Positions 36,295 through 47,191 of a stretch of DNA of 64,000 nucleotides are shown here, piece by piece (positions within the stretch are counted from its first letter, which is position 1; each line of letters opens with the position of its first letter). The notes under the pieces were generated by a model, which made no database searches, was not told the origin of the DNA, and saw only the letters and a program-made list of their open reading frames with translations. This stretch comes from a virus. The stretch covers positions 79,666 through 143,665 of IMG/VR virus record IMGVR_UViG_3300023184_000038; one strand, given 5' to 3'. Position numbers and translations under genes: made by a program.

Positions 36295-37631
36295 GCGCAA
36301 GTTGGATTAATAAATTAAATGAATCAGATAGCCGTTTACATAAGCAAAACGTAATTGCACAGGCGCTATCAGCGAGTGTCCTTGGTAGTACTAACGCAAC
36401 TAATTTTTTGATGCTGGCAAAGGCCTGTTATAATCCATATGTAACATATGGTGTTAAACAAATTTCAAATACAGTTGGAATTGTTGGAACTAAAAATCCA
36501 TGGGAAGATTTTGTAGACCTATTGGAAAATCTTAGTTTACGCAAAATTACTGGCAATGCTGCCCGTGATGCTATTCAAGACCTTGCAGAACAATTTGATA
36601 GTGAAGAATGGAATACATTTTTGGCTCCGGTATTACGCCGAGACCTTCGTGCAGGACTTACTGAAAATACAATTAATAAAATTTGTAAAAACACAAAATT
36701 TGAAATTCCAGTATTTAGTTGTCAACTTGCAACTAATTGTGAGGGGCGCCCTGAGATGAAGGGCATCAAACGTCTTGAACCCAAACTAGATGGTGTTCGT
36801 ATGTTATTGATGGTTATCCCAGGTGCTAGTGAAGGATTGACTACGATCTGTTTTAGTCGTAACGGTAAAACTTTTGAAAACTTCACTCATATTGAAGATC
36901 AGATTCGTGATAATTGGCTTAAACTAGTTCGCAAAGCCGCAACTACTAGTAATTTAAGTATGGGGTTTGTACTTGACGGTGAAGTGATTGGTAATAGTTT
37001 CCAAGAACTGATGCGACAAGCACGCCGTAAAACAGGTGTACAAGCAGAGGATAGTGTCTACAATGTGTTTGACATTTTGCCACTAGAGGCTTTCCGTGAA
37101 GGTCATTGGAATACACAACTAGAAAAACGTATTAGAATTCTTGATGATATGCGTCCCATCATTGATACCATGCCTAACGTTGAACTCTTGCCACATATTA
37201 TGGTTGACTTAGATACAGCCGCAGGTAAAGATCAACTTGAACGTTATGCTAAGGATAATGTTAATGCCGGATTTGAAGGCATTATGATTAAAGAAATGGA
37301 AGCCCCTTATATCTGTAAGCGGTCAACAGATTGGATGAAATGGAAGCCTACAATTACAGTAGATTTAGAAGTTGTTGGTATGGAGGAAGGCACTGGCCGA
37401 AATGTTGGAAGATTGGGTGCATTAATTTGCAGTGGAATTGATGATGGTAAAGAAATAACAGTCAATGTTGGCAGTGGATTTAGTGATAAAGACCGAGATG
37501 ATTATTATCTCAATCGTAATATTATACTTGGACGCACTGCCGAAGTGATGTGCGATATTATTACACAAAATAGTGACGGTACATATTCTTTACGTTTTCC
37601 GCGTTTTGTTAGATTTCGTGATGATAAATGA
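36291..37631 (+). CDS. ATP-dependent DNA ligase
   Basis: EPKLDGVR, VLDGEV, FDIL, EGIMIK, KWK, VGSGF, SLRFPRF..FRDDK. Confidence 0.96.
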   Translation: MSASWINKLNESDSRLHKQNVIAQALSASVLGSTNATNFLMLAKACYNPYVTYGVKQISNTVGIVGTKNPWEDFVDLLENLSLRKITGNAARDAIQDLAEQFDSEEWNTFLAPVLRRDLRAGLTENTINKICKNTKFEIPVFSCQLATNCEGRPEMKGIKRLEPKLDGVRMLLMVIPGASEGLTTICFSRNGKTFENFTHIEDQIRDNWLKLVRKAATTSNLSMGFVLDGEVIGNSFQELMRQARRKTGVQAEDSVYNVFDILPLEAFREGHWNTQLEKRIRILDDMRPIIDTMPNVELLPHIMVDLDTAAGKDQLERYAKDNVNAGFEGIMIKEMEAPYICKRSTDWMKWKPTITVDLEVVGMEEGTGRNVGRLGALICSGIDDGKEITVNVGSGFSDKDRDDYYLNRNIILGRTAEVMCDIITQNSDGTYSLRFPRFVRFRDDK

Positions 37632-37662
37632 TAATTGATAAATATTTAACAAAGGACCAATA

Positions 37663-37866
37663 ATGTTTTTGAATCGGCTTGATATAGAAAAAATAGGTAG
37701 AATTAGTAAATCATTTTCAAATTCAGAAGTGTTTGAAATCAAGCAAGATACCAGATCAGGCATTGGAGCGGTCACTACATTACATGTGCAAACTACTATA
37801 CATGGACTTGAAGGGGATTTTGAAGGAGAATTTGTAATAACTATTAGTTCTACTGAAAGTTGGTAA
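37663..37866 (+). CDS. Hypothetical protein
   Basis: ORF with RBS. Confidence 0.6.
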   Translation: MFLNRLDIEKIGRISKSFSNSEVFEIKQDTRSGIGAVTTLHVQTTIHGLEGDFEGEFVITISSTESW

Positions 37867-37885
37867 TATACATCTGGGCAACAAC

Positions 37886-38083
37886 ATGAATATAACAAAA
37901 ATTTCTGACCAAAACAATATAATGTTTCGTCAACAGACGATTAATAATTTGGATAAACGACATGAGGCGCTGAGAATAGAAGAACTAAGAGTCCGAGAGG
38001 ATATTAAAGCAAATCAGGCCAAACGAATTGAATTGAACCGGGAGTTAGGGAGACCTGGACAGAATATTGATACATTAGCATGA
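37886..38083 (+). CDS. Hypothetical protein
   Basis: ORF ending GQNIDTLA. Confidence 0.55.
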   Translation: MNITKISDQNNIMFRQQTINNLDKRHEALRIEELRVREDIKANQAKRIELNRELGRPGQNIDTLA

Positions 38084-38209
38084 TATTATTAATTGGATTT
38101 GTTATTGGATTACTGTTCGGAGTTGCTTTTTTACTTTGGTACCGGAATAGATAAATTTATATATGGAAGTTCTTTGATGAATCACGCTGCAATACTTGAA
38201 GAGGATACT

Positions 38210-38428
38210 ATGGAAAAGCCAAAATCAGCTGACGGGGTGTCAGGCATGTTGCTTAAAACAATGGATGGGAAATTTATTTTCCGAGTATATAATTTTTATG
38301 ATTTTAAGGATTATACTATTGAACATAGTGATTTAAACATAACTATAAATGATCCTGATGCATATTTTTATATGGATTCTGTATTAGATCATAGTCCAGC
38401 AACTTTAGGTATTACCAAGGATAAATAA
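38210..38428 (+). CDS. Hypothetical protein
   Basis: ATG 38210 after GAGGA. Confidence 0.6.
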   Translation: MEKPKSADGVSGMLLKTMDGKFIFRVYNFYDFKDYTIEHSDLNITINDPDAYFYMDSVLDHSPATLGITKDK

Positions 38429-38649
38429 TGACTTATGTAACAGTAGAAGCCGAAATTGATTTAAGTGAAATTGACTTAGAAGATTTAATTGAAGAACTAG
38501 AAAGTCGTAATGCATATGAAAATAAAACAGAATCAGAATTGTATCGGTCATTACTTACTATTATTTGGCAAAAACGTAGAGCAGGTAATGTTAGTTATGA
38601 TAAAGAGCTTGACACATTAATTTATGATGTACTAGGTCATGTTATATGA
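38428..38649 (+). CDS. Hypothetical acidic protein
   Basis: DLIEELESR motif. Confidence 0.6.
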   Translation: MTYVTVEAEIDLSEIDLEDLIEELESRNAYENKTESELYRSLLTIIWQKRRAGNVSYDKELDTLIYDVLGHVI

Positions 38650-38849
38650 CATCCAATTTAATTGGACAACTATATAAGTTTGAAGATGGCAATACAATTG
38701 AAATAATTCAAATAAAACAACGTGATGACGGGGATAGTGCTACCGATTGGGTTACCTTTCATGTTCAACAGGGAAACGGCATTCCACAAAAATTGTTGAT
38801 GACACACGCTGAATTTATATCAACTTACGGGCATTTGTTTACTAAGTAA
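38646..38849 (+). CDS. Hypothetical protein
   Basis: ATGA overlap. Confidence 0.6.
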   Translation: MTSNLIGQLYKFEDGNTIEIIQIKQRDDGDSATDWVTFHVQQGNGIPQKLLMTHAEFISTYGHLFTK

Positions 38850-38888
38850 GAGTATACCATACGTTCGGTATTGACTAAATATTATGGT

Positions 38889-40520
38889 ATGTTTAAAAAA
38901 ATAATAAATCTTTCTAATCTAACTCTTTTAGTTGCGTTGGCTCTTAGTACCATTGCAGCCTATTATAGTATTATTGGTCTTACGGCAATCTTTGCTGCTG
39001 CCGTAATACCTATTATAATTATGGGTTCTATTTTAGAAATAGCCAAAATTACTGCAACAGTTTGGTTACGAAGATATTGGAACAAAGCAGGATTGATAAT
39101 TAAACTGTATCTAGTGCCTGCAATAATTTCTTTAGCAGTTATAACAAGTATGGGAATATTTGGCTTTTTAAGTAAAGCGCATATGGACCAAAATATACCA
39201 ACCGGTGATATAGCAGCCAAAGTTGCTTTACTAGACGAAAAAGTTAAAACGCAAAGAGACAATATTAAATCTGCTAGGGAAGCCCTTGCCCAAATGGATA
39301 CCCAAGTTAATAATGTAATGAATAAGGGTGACACTGAAAAATCAGCCGAACGTAGCGTTCAAATTAGGCGGCAACAAGCAACTGAACGCGGTAAACTACA
39401 AAAAGAAATAGAAATTGCTAATATCGCTATTGGAAAGTTGAATGAAGAAAAAGCACCCATTGCTAGTCAATTACGCAAAGTGGAAGCAGAGGTCGGTCCC
39501 GTAAAATATATTGCTGCATTAATTTACGGAGATAATCCAGACCAAAATCTCTTAGAAAGTGCAGTACGATGGGTTATCATATTACTTGTTATTGTGTTTG
39601 ACCCATTGGCAATTGCTTTGGTATTAGCAGCAAATCAAAGTAAAGATTGGGATGATGAGACTGAAGAAATTAAAAAAATAGATACCTTTTTTAATAATGG
39701 TAAGAAAATTTCTCAACATTTAGATGAAAATGAAAAGGTAGTTGAAGATGAATCTATACTACAAAAGCATCCATATCTAACTAAAAAGTTTGAAAATTTT
39801 AAAAATCTCAACCCAATAGTTGCTCCACCTTCTTATGAAGCCGACGACGGGCCACTGAGTGGTAGTCAAATTGACCAACTTAAAAAAACAGTAGAACCTC
39901 AACTTTCATTTGTTCAAGGAGACTATAATGTATCTCATCCAACTCTTAAAAATTGGAATATAGATGCTAATATATTACCGCCCAAAGAAGAGTATAAAGA
40001 AGTAACTGAATTTGAAGGAATTAAGGATCCAATTACAAAAGAATGGGAACAAACGGGTCCAGAGTACACTGTACAAATACCAATTAATCCTACAAAAATT
40101 GAAACTGAGGGAGTAACCGTTATTCCTGAATATTACATATCAGGTGATTATGCAGTTTATCAAGGTAAAAATATGCATGTAAATGTGTTAAAAGACCTAC
40201 GCCCTGATTTATTTAAATTAACTGCGGATTTAACTACTACGCCCGGTATCATTACTACAAAATTTGGAACTTCTTTTCCCAAAATAGCAAATCGTGGTGA
40301 TATTTTTGTTAGAGTAGATGCATTACCAAACTTGGTTTTTAAATTTAATGGATCCAGTTGGATAGCAGTAAATAAAAATCAATCGGACACCTACCTTTTT
40401 AATCAAGAATACATTAAGTATTTAATTGAAAAAATAGACTGCGGTGAATATGACATTGACCTTCTTTCAGAACATGAAAAACTTCAAATAGAAGAATATT
40501 TAAGTAACCAAAAAAGTTGA
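38889..40520 (+). CDS. Multi-pass membrane protein with periplasmic coiled coil
   Basis: Three N-terminal TM helices, FGFLSKAH, coiled coil, VGPVKYIA, VFDPLA TM. Confidence 0.75.
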   Translation: MFKKIINLSNLTLLVALALSTIAAYYSIIGLTAIFAAAVIPIIIMGSILEIAKITATVWLRRYWNKAGLIIKLYLVPAIISLAVITSMGIFGFLSKAHMDQNIPTGDIAAKVALLDEKVKTQRDNIKSAREALAQMDTQVNNVMNKGDTEKSAERSVQIRRQQATERGKLQKEIEIANIAIGKLNEEKAPIASQLRKVEAEVGPVKYIAALIYGDNPDQNLLESAVRWVIILLVIVFDPLAIALVLAANQSKDWDDETEEIKKIDTFFNNGKKISQHLDENEKVVEDESILQKHPYLTKKFENFKNLNPIVAPPSYEADDGPLSGSQIDQLKKTVEPQLSFVQGDYNVSHPTLKNWNIDANILPPKEEYKEVTEFEGIKDPITKEWEQTGPEYTVQIPINPTKIETEGVTVIPEYYISGDYAVYQGKNMHVNVLKDLRPDLFKLTADLTTTPGIITTKFGTSFPKIANRGDIFVRVDALPNLVFKFNGSSWIAVNKNQSDTYLFNQEYIKYLIEKIDCGEYDIDLLSEHEKLQIEEYLSNQKS

Positions 40521-40545
40521 TATTAATCGTCAACTATGATATAAT
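40517..40545 (+). promoter_or_regulatory. sigma70 promoter
   Basis: TTGATA-17bp-TATAAT; overlaps upstream TGA stop. Confidence 0.65.
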
Positions 40546-40575
40546 ATCTGTATTGTAACTTTATCGGATTATTTT

Positions 40576-41235
40576 ATGAAATTTCATGTTATTACTATTG
40601 CTGTTCTACTAGCAGTTTCAGGTTGTTCCTCAACCAAAGAAGCCAAAATAGAAGGTGCCCCAATAACAGCATTAACCGCTCAAAAACTTAGTACTAGTTT
40701 TAAACGACAAGGTGTAAAAATTGAATGGGATTGTATTTGGGGTACAGGGATGTTTGATGCAACTTGTATTAAAACTAATATTAAATCTATTGAAGTAACC
40801 GGATATGCTACATCATTTGGCAACAGTGAGGTAATGCGTGAACAATCCTTTAAAGTTGCTCATGATGTTGCACTAGATAAACTTATTAGATTTGTAAAAC
40901 AAGATATTACTAGTAACCGTGTTGTTTCTACATTGGGCAAAAATGTTGAAAAAGCGCAAGACCGAATTAAAAATCGTATTAAAGCCGATGAGGATGTTGC
41001 GATGAGTGACGAGGATATTGGTAAAGATACAAATTTTGCTGTTCGTGAAAACACAAATGACACAGTTCGTAATTTTACAGAAACAGTTAGAACAAATTCT
41101 CAAGGAATTATCCGCGGTGCAAGAGCAATTGATGAAAATATTGTTGATAGGCAAACAGTAGCAGTGACAATCCGTTGGGATACTGCAAGCGAAAAAGCAT
41201 CAATATATTTGCGTAAACGGTTTATCTCTAATTAA
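40576..41235 (+). CDS. Lipoprotein (LPP20-like)
   Basis: Lipobox VSGC. Confidence 0.7.
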   Translation: MKFHVITIAVLLAVSGCSSTKEAKIEGAPITALTAQKLSTSFKRQGVKIEWDCIWGTGMFDATCIKTNIKSIEVTGYATSFGNSEVMREQSFKVAHDVALDKLIRFVKQDITSNRVVSTLGKNVEKAQDRIKNRIKADEDVAMSDEDIGKDTNFAVRENTNDTVRNFTETVRTNSQGIIRGARAIDENIVDRQTVAVTIRWDTASEKASIYLRKRFISN

Positions 41236-41237
41236 TA

Positions 41238-42254
41238 ATGTTTAAATTATTCATTCTGGCATCATGCCTGGTGCTAGTATCATGTGCCTCTACTTCAAAT
41301 TCAATTCAAAATAATGCAACACGGGTAATTGGAAAAGGAAACACATTTGAAGAGGCAAAACAAAATGCCTTTAAGGAAGCAATTGAATTTAAAGTGGGTT
41401 CACTTATATTAAGTGAAAGAGAAACATTAAATATGAAATTGGTGAAAGATGAAATATTAGTGTACAGTGCAGGATATATAGATGATTATTCCATTATTAA
41501 TCAATCTACTCAAAATAATTATGTCTATGTGACTATGGATGTATTAGTAGCAGACAGTAAGTTAAATTACCGATTGTTATCTTCTGGAATAAAAATCAAA
41601 GAAATTAACGGCGAAAAAATTCATACTCAATATAATTCATTAATTGCTGAAAGAAAAAGTGGTGATGATATACTAGCAAGAGTATTAAATGATTATCCAA
41701 AACGAGCATTTAATATTACCCAAGGTGTGCATTATTTTAAAATTGATTCAAATCGTAATGGTTTATTAATCATCCCATATGATATGGGATGGAATTATAA
41801 TTATATTGTTTCATTAAATGAAGCCTTATCTTTATTGTCAACTGAAAATCGCACATCTGTAACAGGTAAAGTAACTATTATGGCAAAAGACCCCAAAGAT
41901 TTTATTATAGGTAAACGCACCATATATAAGTTTGATGAACTGCATAGACTAAACCAATTAAATCAAGCCATGACATGGGAAAATACAGCACATATTCAAG
42001 TAACTATTCAAGATAGAAATTTATACCCAATATATCAATCATGCTATGAATCACAAAGTATTAACGGAATGAAACCGTCATTTTATCATTCTGGAAATGA
42101 CTTTGTAATTAAAGGAAATGAACGAGACCAAGACAATATTATTATACCCATTGGACTCAATTCAAAATTAAATACAATACTTAAAGATAGTTATAGAATA
42201 GAATTATCACTTGTAACATATAATAATTGTATTGGTGGGATTAAAAAGAGATAA
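41238..42254 (+). CDS. Lipoprotein
   Basis: Lipobox LVSC; GKGNTFEEAKQNAF..AIE LPP20/FlgT-N-like motif. Confidence 0.7.
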   Translation: MFKLFILASCLVLVSCASTSNSIQNNATRVIGKGNTFEEAKQNAFKEAIEFKVGSLILSERETLNMKLVKDEILVYSAGYIDDYSIINQSTQNNYVYVTMDVLVADSKLNYRLLSSGIKIKEINGEKIHTQYNSLIAERKSGDDILARVLNDYPKRAFNITQGVHYFKIDSNRNGLLIIPYDMGWNYNYIVSLNEALSLLSTENRTSVTGKVTIMAKDPKDFIIGKRTIYKFDELHRLNQLNQAMTWENTAHIQVTIQDRNLYPIYQSCYESQSINGMKPSFYHSGNDFVIKGNERDQDNIIIPIGLNSKLNTILKDSYRIELSLVTYNNCIGGIKKR

Positions 42255-42262
42255 GTAATTAT

Positions 42263-43468
42263 ATGACCACAGAACTTAAATTAAGCCATTGCTCTTTTTG
42301 CGGTAGCCACAAAGATAAAGTAAAGAAATTAATAGTAAGTGAGGATGTTGCTATTTGTAGTGATTGTATTGACTTGTGCAATCAATTAATGATAGATGAT
42401 ATTACTGAAAAAATGCCCGAAATTAAATCAGAATATCAGTATGATCCTATTACTATAAAAGAATATTTAGATGAACATATTATAGGGCAAAAAAATGCTA
42501 AAGTGGTATTAAGTGTAGCAATCGCCAATCATTATAAACGCATACGAAGCCCTTCACCTGATTTAGAAATTCAAAAAGGAAATGTATTGTTAATTGGACC
42601 AACTGGTTCAGGTAAAACATTGTTGGCTAAAACAGTAGCAAAGTATCTTAAAGTTCCATTTGTAGTAGCCGATGCAACTAGTTTAACTGAAGCCGGATAT
42701 GTTGGAGATGATGTAGAAAGTATGATTTCTATGTTGTTGAACTCTGCTGGTGGCGATGTAAAACTTGCAGAACAAGGAATTGTATTTATTGATGAAATTG
42801 ATAAAATTGCTAGAAAAAGCGAAAGTACTAGTATTACCCGAGATGTGTCCGGTGAGGGAGTGCAACAAGCATTGCTGAAAATGGTAGAAGGTACTATTTG
42901 CCGTATACCCGCAGGTGGTGGGAGAAAAGCACCAAACGGTGATATGATTGAAGTTAATACAAAAAATATTTTATTTATAGGCGGCGGAGCGTTTGTTGGA
43001 TTAAAGGAAATCATCAATAATAGATTGAATGGAACCAGTATTGGGTTTGGTGCTGACATTAAAGATAAGCAAAAAGAAAGCGAGTTACATTTAGTATCAC
43101 CTGATGATTTAACTAGTTTTGGAATGATTCCGGAATTTATCGGTAGATTTACCACAACGGTAAGTGTGGCAAATCTAACTAAAGCCGAATTAATTAAAGT
43201 TTTAACTAGTGTAAAAAACAATTATATTGACCAATACAAGTATTTGTTAAGTATTGATGGTATTGAATTGAACTTTACCAATGATGCATTAGGACAATTG
43301 GCTGAAAATACGCTTAAATTGAATACAGGGGCACGAGGGTTACATACTGAAATAGAAAAGGTATTAATGCATCATATGTACAATACTAAACAATACCGCA
43401 GTGATAAAATTACTACATTAGAAATCACTCAGGAACAGGTATTAGAACCCAAAGTAGTTAACGGTTAA
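42263..43468 (+). CDS. clpX: ATP-dependent Clp protease ATPase subunit
   Basis: CSFC..CSDC zinc domain, GPTGSGKT, AGYVGDDV, IDEIDK, RDVSGEGVQQ, IGF loop. Confidence 0.97.
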   Translation: MTTELKLSHCSFCGSHKDKVKKLIVSEDVAICSDCIDLCNQLMIDDITEKMPEIKSEYQYDPITIKEYLDEHIIGQKNAKVVLSVAIANHYKRIRSPSPDLEIQKGNVLLIGPTGSGKTLLAKTVAKYLKVPFVVADATSLTEAGYVGDDVESMISMLLNSAGGDVKLAEQGIVFIDEIDKIARKSESTSITRDVSGEGVQQALLKMVEGTICRIPAGGGRKAPNGDMIEVNTKNILFIGGGAFVGLKEIINNRLNGTSIGFGADIKDKQKESELHLVSPDDLTSFGMIPEFIGRFTTTVSVANLTKAELIKVLTSVKNNYIDQYKYLLSIDGIELNFTNDALGQLAENTLKLNTGARGLHTEIEKVLMHHMYNTKQYRSDKITTLEITQEQVLEPKVVNG

Positions 43469-43505
43469 CCAAAATAATATATTTGTTAATATTTTCCTGT
43501 TAGAA

Positions 43506-43579
43506 TAAATACATATTGTAATACGCCGATGGTCGGGTATTACATAAAATCATCTTGCTTAATAAAGGAGAAAACGATG
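43506..43579 (+). promoter_or_regulatory. Late promoter plus ROSE-like structured leader of dnaK
   Basis: ATAAATA; TGTAATAC-GCCGATGGTCGG-GTATTACA; CATCTTGCTT pairs with AAGGAG..GATG. Confidence 0.6.
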
Positions 43580-45451
43580 AGCAAAGTTATAGGTATCGAT
43601 TTAGGTACAACAAATTCATGTGTAGCAATAATTGAAAATGGCGCTACAAAAATAATTGAAAATTCTGAAGGAAACCGTACTACACCAAGTATAGTAGCAT
43701 ATGCCAATGGTGAGATTTTAGTAGGAGCTTCCGCAAAAAGACAAGCGGTAACTAATCCCAAAAATACTATCTATGCTAGTAAACGACTAATTGGTCGTAA
43801 ATTTAAAGAAGATGCTGTTCAAAAAGATATCAATTTAATGCCCTACAAAATTGTTGCGGCAGATAATGGTGATGCTTGGGTAGAAGTCAATGACGATAAA
43901 TTGGCTCCGCCTCAAATCTCAGCAGAGGTTCTTCGTAAAATGAAAAAAACGGCTGAGGATTATTTGGGTGAAACAGTAACTCAAGCCGTTATCACTGTTC
44001 CAGCATACTTTAATGATAGTCAACGACAAGCAACTAAAGACGCAGGAAAAATTGCAGGACTAGAGGTGCTACGAATTATCAATGAACCAACTGCGGCAGC
44101 ACTAGCCTACGGTATGGATAAAGAAGATAAACGTGACCGCAAAATTGCAGTTTATGATTTAGGTGGTGGTACATTTGACGTAAGCATTATTGAAATTGCT
44201 AATGTAGATAATGATAAACAAATTGAGGTTCTCTCAACTAACGGTGATACCTTCTTAGGCGGTGAAGATTTTGACCAGCGTATTATGGATTATCTAGTAG
44301 ATGAATTCAAGAAAGATACTGGGGTCGACCTGAAAAAAGATGTATTAGCATTACAACGATTAAAAGAAGCGGCTGAAAAAGCCAAAATAGAATTATCTAG
44401 TTCGGTACAAACTGATGTTAATTTGCCATATATTACAGCAGATGCTAGTGGACCTAAGCATATGAATGTAAAACTTACTAGAAGTAAATTAGAACAACTA
44501 GTAGAAGAATTAATTCAACGCAGTATTGGTCCGTGCAAAATTGCAATGGCTGATGCAAAGGTTACCACAACTGATATTGATGAAGTTATTTTGGTTGGTG
44601 GTATGACTCGTATGCCAAAAGTACAAGAAGTTGTTGAAAAATTGTTTGGAAAAGCTCCTCGTAAAGATGTTAATCCAGATGAGGCTGTAGCCGCTGGCGC
44701 TGCTATTCAAGGTGATGTATTGGGAGGAGGAAGGACTGATGTTTTACTATTAGATGTTACTCCGTTAAGTTTGGGCATTGAAACTATGGGCGGAATTATG
44801 TCTAAATTAATTCAAAAAAATACTACTATTCCCACAAAGGCATCACAAACATTTTCAACTGCTGAAGATAATCAACCGGCCGTTACTGTTAAAGCATTTC
44901 AAGGAGAACGTGAGTTAGTTCAACACAATAAATTATTGGGAGAGTTTAATTTAGAAGGTATTGCACCAGCTAGACGCGGCCAACCCCAAATTGAAATTGC
45001 GTTTGATATTGATGCTAATGGTATTATGCATGTAAGTGCTAAAGATAAAAACACCGGTAAAGAAAACAAAATCACTATTAAATCTAATAGCGGGTTAAGT
45101 GAAGCCGAGATTCAAACCATGATCAAAGATGCGGAACTCAACGCTGAAGAAGACAAAAAACAACGTGAATTGATTGAGGCACGTAATAACGCTGAGTCAT
45201 CATTACACCAAGTTAAAGAAGATATAGACAAATACAGCGAATTGATTAGTCCTGAAGAAAAAACCAACATTGATGATACTGTGCAGGCTATTAAAGATGC
45301 TATCACGGGAACAGATGTTAAAATTATCACTGATAGTATTCCTAAATTATATGAGGCAATGAAGCCGCTTATTGCTAAAAAACATGAGGCTGAAGAAAAA
45401 TCTAAAAATAAAGAAGATACTACAGTAGTTGATGCTGAAATTGTATCATAA
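43577..45451 (+). CDS. dnaK: Chaperone DnaK (Hsp70)
   Basis: [41 protein letters not shown]. Confidence 0.98.
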   Translation: MSKVIGIDLGTTNSCVAIIENGATKIIENSEGNRTTPSIVAYANGEILVGASAKRQAVTNPKNTIYASKRLIGRKFKEDAVQKDINLMPYKIVAADNGDAWVEVNDDKLAPPQISAEVLRKMKKTAEDYLGETVTQAVITVPAYFNDSQRQATKDAGKIAGLEVLRIINEPTAAALAYGMDKEDKRDRKIAVYDLGGGTFDVSIIEIANVDNDKQIEVLSTNGDTFLGGEDFDQRIMDYLVDEFKKDTGVDLKKDVLALQRLKEAAEKAKIELSSSVQTDVNLPYITADASGPKHMNVKLTRSKLEQLVEELIQRSIGPCKIAMADAKVTTTDIDEVILVGGMTRMPKVQEVVEKLFGKAPRKDVNPDEAVAAGAAIQGDVLGGGRTDVLLLDVTPLSLGIETMGGIMSKLIQKNTTIPTKASQTFSTAEDNQPAVTVKAFQGERELVQHNKLLGEFNLEGIAPARRGQPQIEIAFDIDANGIMHVSAKDKNTGKENKITIKSNSGLSEAEIQTMIKDAELNAEEDKKQRELIEARNNAESSLHQVKEDIDKYSELISPEEKTNIDDTVQAIKDAITGTDVKIITDSIPKLYEAMKPLIAKKHEAEEKSKNKEDTTVVDAEIVS

Positions 45452-45473
45452 TATATTGCATAATATACTATGA

Positions 45474-45540
45474 TAAATATGTGTGAGTGCCGATAGTCGG
45501 GCTCACACAGTCATATTTGCTTATAAGGAGAAATAAAATG
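45474..45540 (+). promoter_or_regulatory. Late promoter plus ROSE-like structured leader of hsp20
   Basis: ATAAATA; TGTGTGAG-TGCCGATAGTCGGG-CTCACACA; TTGCTT next to AAGGAG. Confidence 0.6.
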
Positions 45541-45999
45541 ACAAAAACTTTAACCCTTCGTTCCGCTGATATTCCAGCATTTCACAAATTTGGTATCGGT
45601 TTCGATAACATGTTTGACGAACTATTGCGAGTAAATGCTCAACAATCAAACAATAATTATCCACCGTACAACATTGTGCAAATCAATGAGGACGAATTTA
45701 TGATTAGTATTGCTGTTGCAGGATTCGGGCACGATAATCTAACAGTTACTAAGGAAAAAAACTTCTTAATAATTGACGGTGCACATAGTACCGACACTGT
45801 TAATACCAACACTATTAACTATCTACATAGAGGTATCAGTGAAAGAAATTTCCGTAGGGAATTTCAATTAGCCGATCATGTGGAAATTACTAATGCTCAT
45901 TTAGAGTTAGGCATACTTAATCTTTATCTAAAACGTGAAGTTCCCGAGGCACAAAAGCCCAGGAATATACAAATTACAGTTGCCGGCCCTACGTTATAG
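45538..45999 (+). CDS. Small heat-shock protein (Hsp20/IbpA-like)
   Basis: IGFD, NYPPYNI, IAVAGF, YLHRGIS.RNFRREFQLA, VPEAQKPR. Confidence 0.95.
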   Translation: MTKTLTLRSADIPAFHKFGIGFDNMFDELLRVNAQQSNNNYPPYNIVQINEDEFMISIAVAGFGHDNLTVTKEKNFLIIDGAHSTDTVNTNTINYLHRGISERNFRREFQLADHVEITNAHLELGILNLYLKREVPEAQKPRNIQITVAGPTL

Positions 46000-46181
46000 T
46001 AGTTGGATCGTCTGTACAGTATTCAAATAAGACTAACCAAAACTATTTGCATAATGAAATAAATACTGTATAATAGCAGTGTGCAATAACTGCACATTGC
46101 TATAAATTACAACTGGTAACTAAATAGTATAATAGAGAGGAAATGTACAACATGTTGTACATAATTTAAAAAGGGAAATAC

Positions 46182-46490
46182 ATGTCTAATATAGAAACTA
46201 AAGTAAAAATCAAACCAAATCTTGGATTGCAGGAACCGCCCTTATTCAAAATAATTTACATTAACGATGAAGTAACTAGTATGGAATTTGTAGTAACATC
46301 CTTGATTGATTATTTTAGTTATAATACAGATACTGCTGCTGTTATAACTAAAAGCATACATGATCAGGGTAGTGCAGTTGTTGCTATTTTACCGTATGAA
46401 ATAGCAGAACAAAAGGGAATAGAAGTTACATTAAATGCTAGACAAAATGGATTTCCATTACAAATTAAAGTAGAATCTGACGCTAATTAA
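46182..46490 (+). CDS. clpS: Clp protease adaptor ClpS
   Basis: PPLFKII.INDEVTSMEFV, IHDQGSAVV, YEIAEQK, GFPL. Confidence 0.9.
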   Translation: MSNIETKVKIKPNLGLQEPPLFKIIYINDEVTSMEFVVTSLIDYFSYNTDTAAVITKSIHDQGSAVVAILPYEIAEQKGIEVTLNARQNGFPLQIKVESDAN

Positions 46491-47185
46491 AAATTTATTT
46501 CAACTCGTTTAGCCCAATAGGGATTGCGTTTGAAATAAGAATTATTAATATAGTTGATACCATTAAAATTGGTATCAACTATTTTTCCATAAGTACCGTA
46601 TATCCAACTAACAACTTTTTTTTCAGTATCACTACCTAATACAAGATTTAATGGTAGTTGATTTTTAATAAAGCCCGGTTCTTCACCAAAATATAGTTCA
46701 ATTCCGGGCACTGAGTTAGTAACTATTATGATACGTTTAACATCAACATGTCTTTGTAATTTTTCAATTGAATTTTTTAGATAGGTTATGTCCTCATATC
46801 CTAAAAATTCAAGTTCAGCAGTAGTTTTTAAATCAGTATTGTTTGTAGTATTATACTGTCCAGTTGCTCCGATAATAGCAACCCCGTCGATTATAGCCAC
46901 ATTGTGGTACAATATAGCAGTTTTTGCAACATGCCGGCACATTGAAGAAAGTTTAGCAGTTCTTTCTGCCATATCTTCTACATCTTTATATTCCAATGTA
47001 CCGGGAATATAGAATATACCCTGATAAAATCTACTTAAATGTACTAGAGTTTGATATATTGTTCGTAGATCGTCACTTATGTTTCCAGCCACAATACAAT
47101 ATAAACTAGTGGCTTTGTTTTCCCAGTTAAACGTTTCCTCTGGCAAAAGATTTAAATCACTAATTACATCAAACCCTATATTCAT
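46487..47185 (-). CDS. Degenerate calcineurin-like metallophosphoesterase
   Basis: ISDLNL, AGNI, PGTLEY, TNSVP, IYGTY align to DLH/GD/GNHE/THH/GHTH motifs with ligands lost. Confidence 0.65.
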   Translation of the reverse strand: MNIGFDVISDLNLLPEETFNWENKATSLYCIVAGNISDDLRTIYQTLVHLSRFYQGIFYIPGTLEYKDVEDMAERTAKLSSMCRHVAKTAILYHNVAIIDGVAIIGATGQYNTTNNTDLKTTAELEFLGYEDITYLKNSIEKLQRHVDVKRIIIVTNSVPGIELYFGEEPGFIKNQLPLNLVLGSDTEKKVVSWIYGTYGKIVDTNFNGINYINNSYFKRNPYWAKRVEINF

Positions 47186-47191
47186 ATAGAA

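Noticed and set aside
42571-43221. Long antisense ORFs (also 29164-29547, 30312-30773, 48255-48653)
   Set aside because: Shadows of well-supported genes on the opposite strand, with no RBS or motifs
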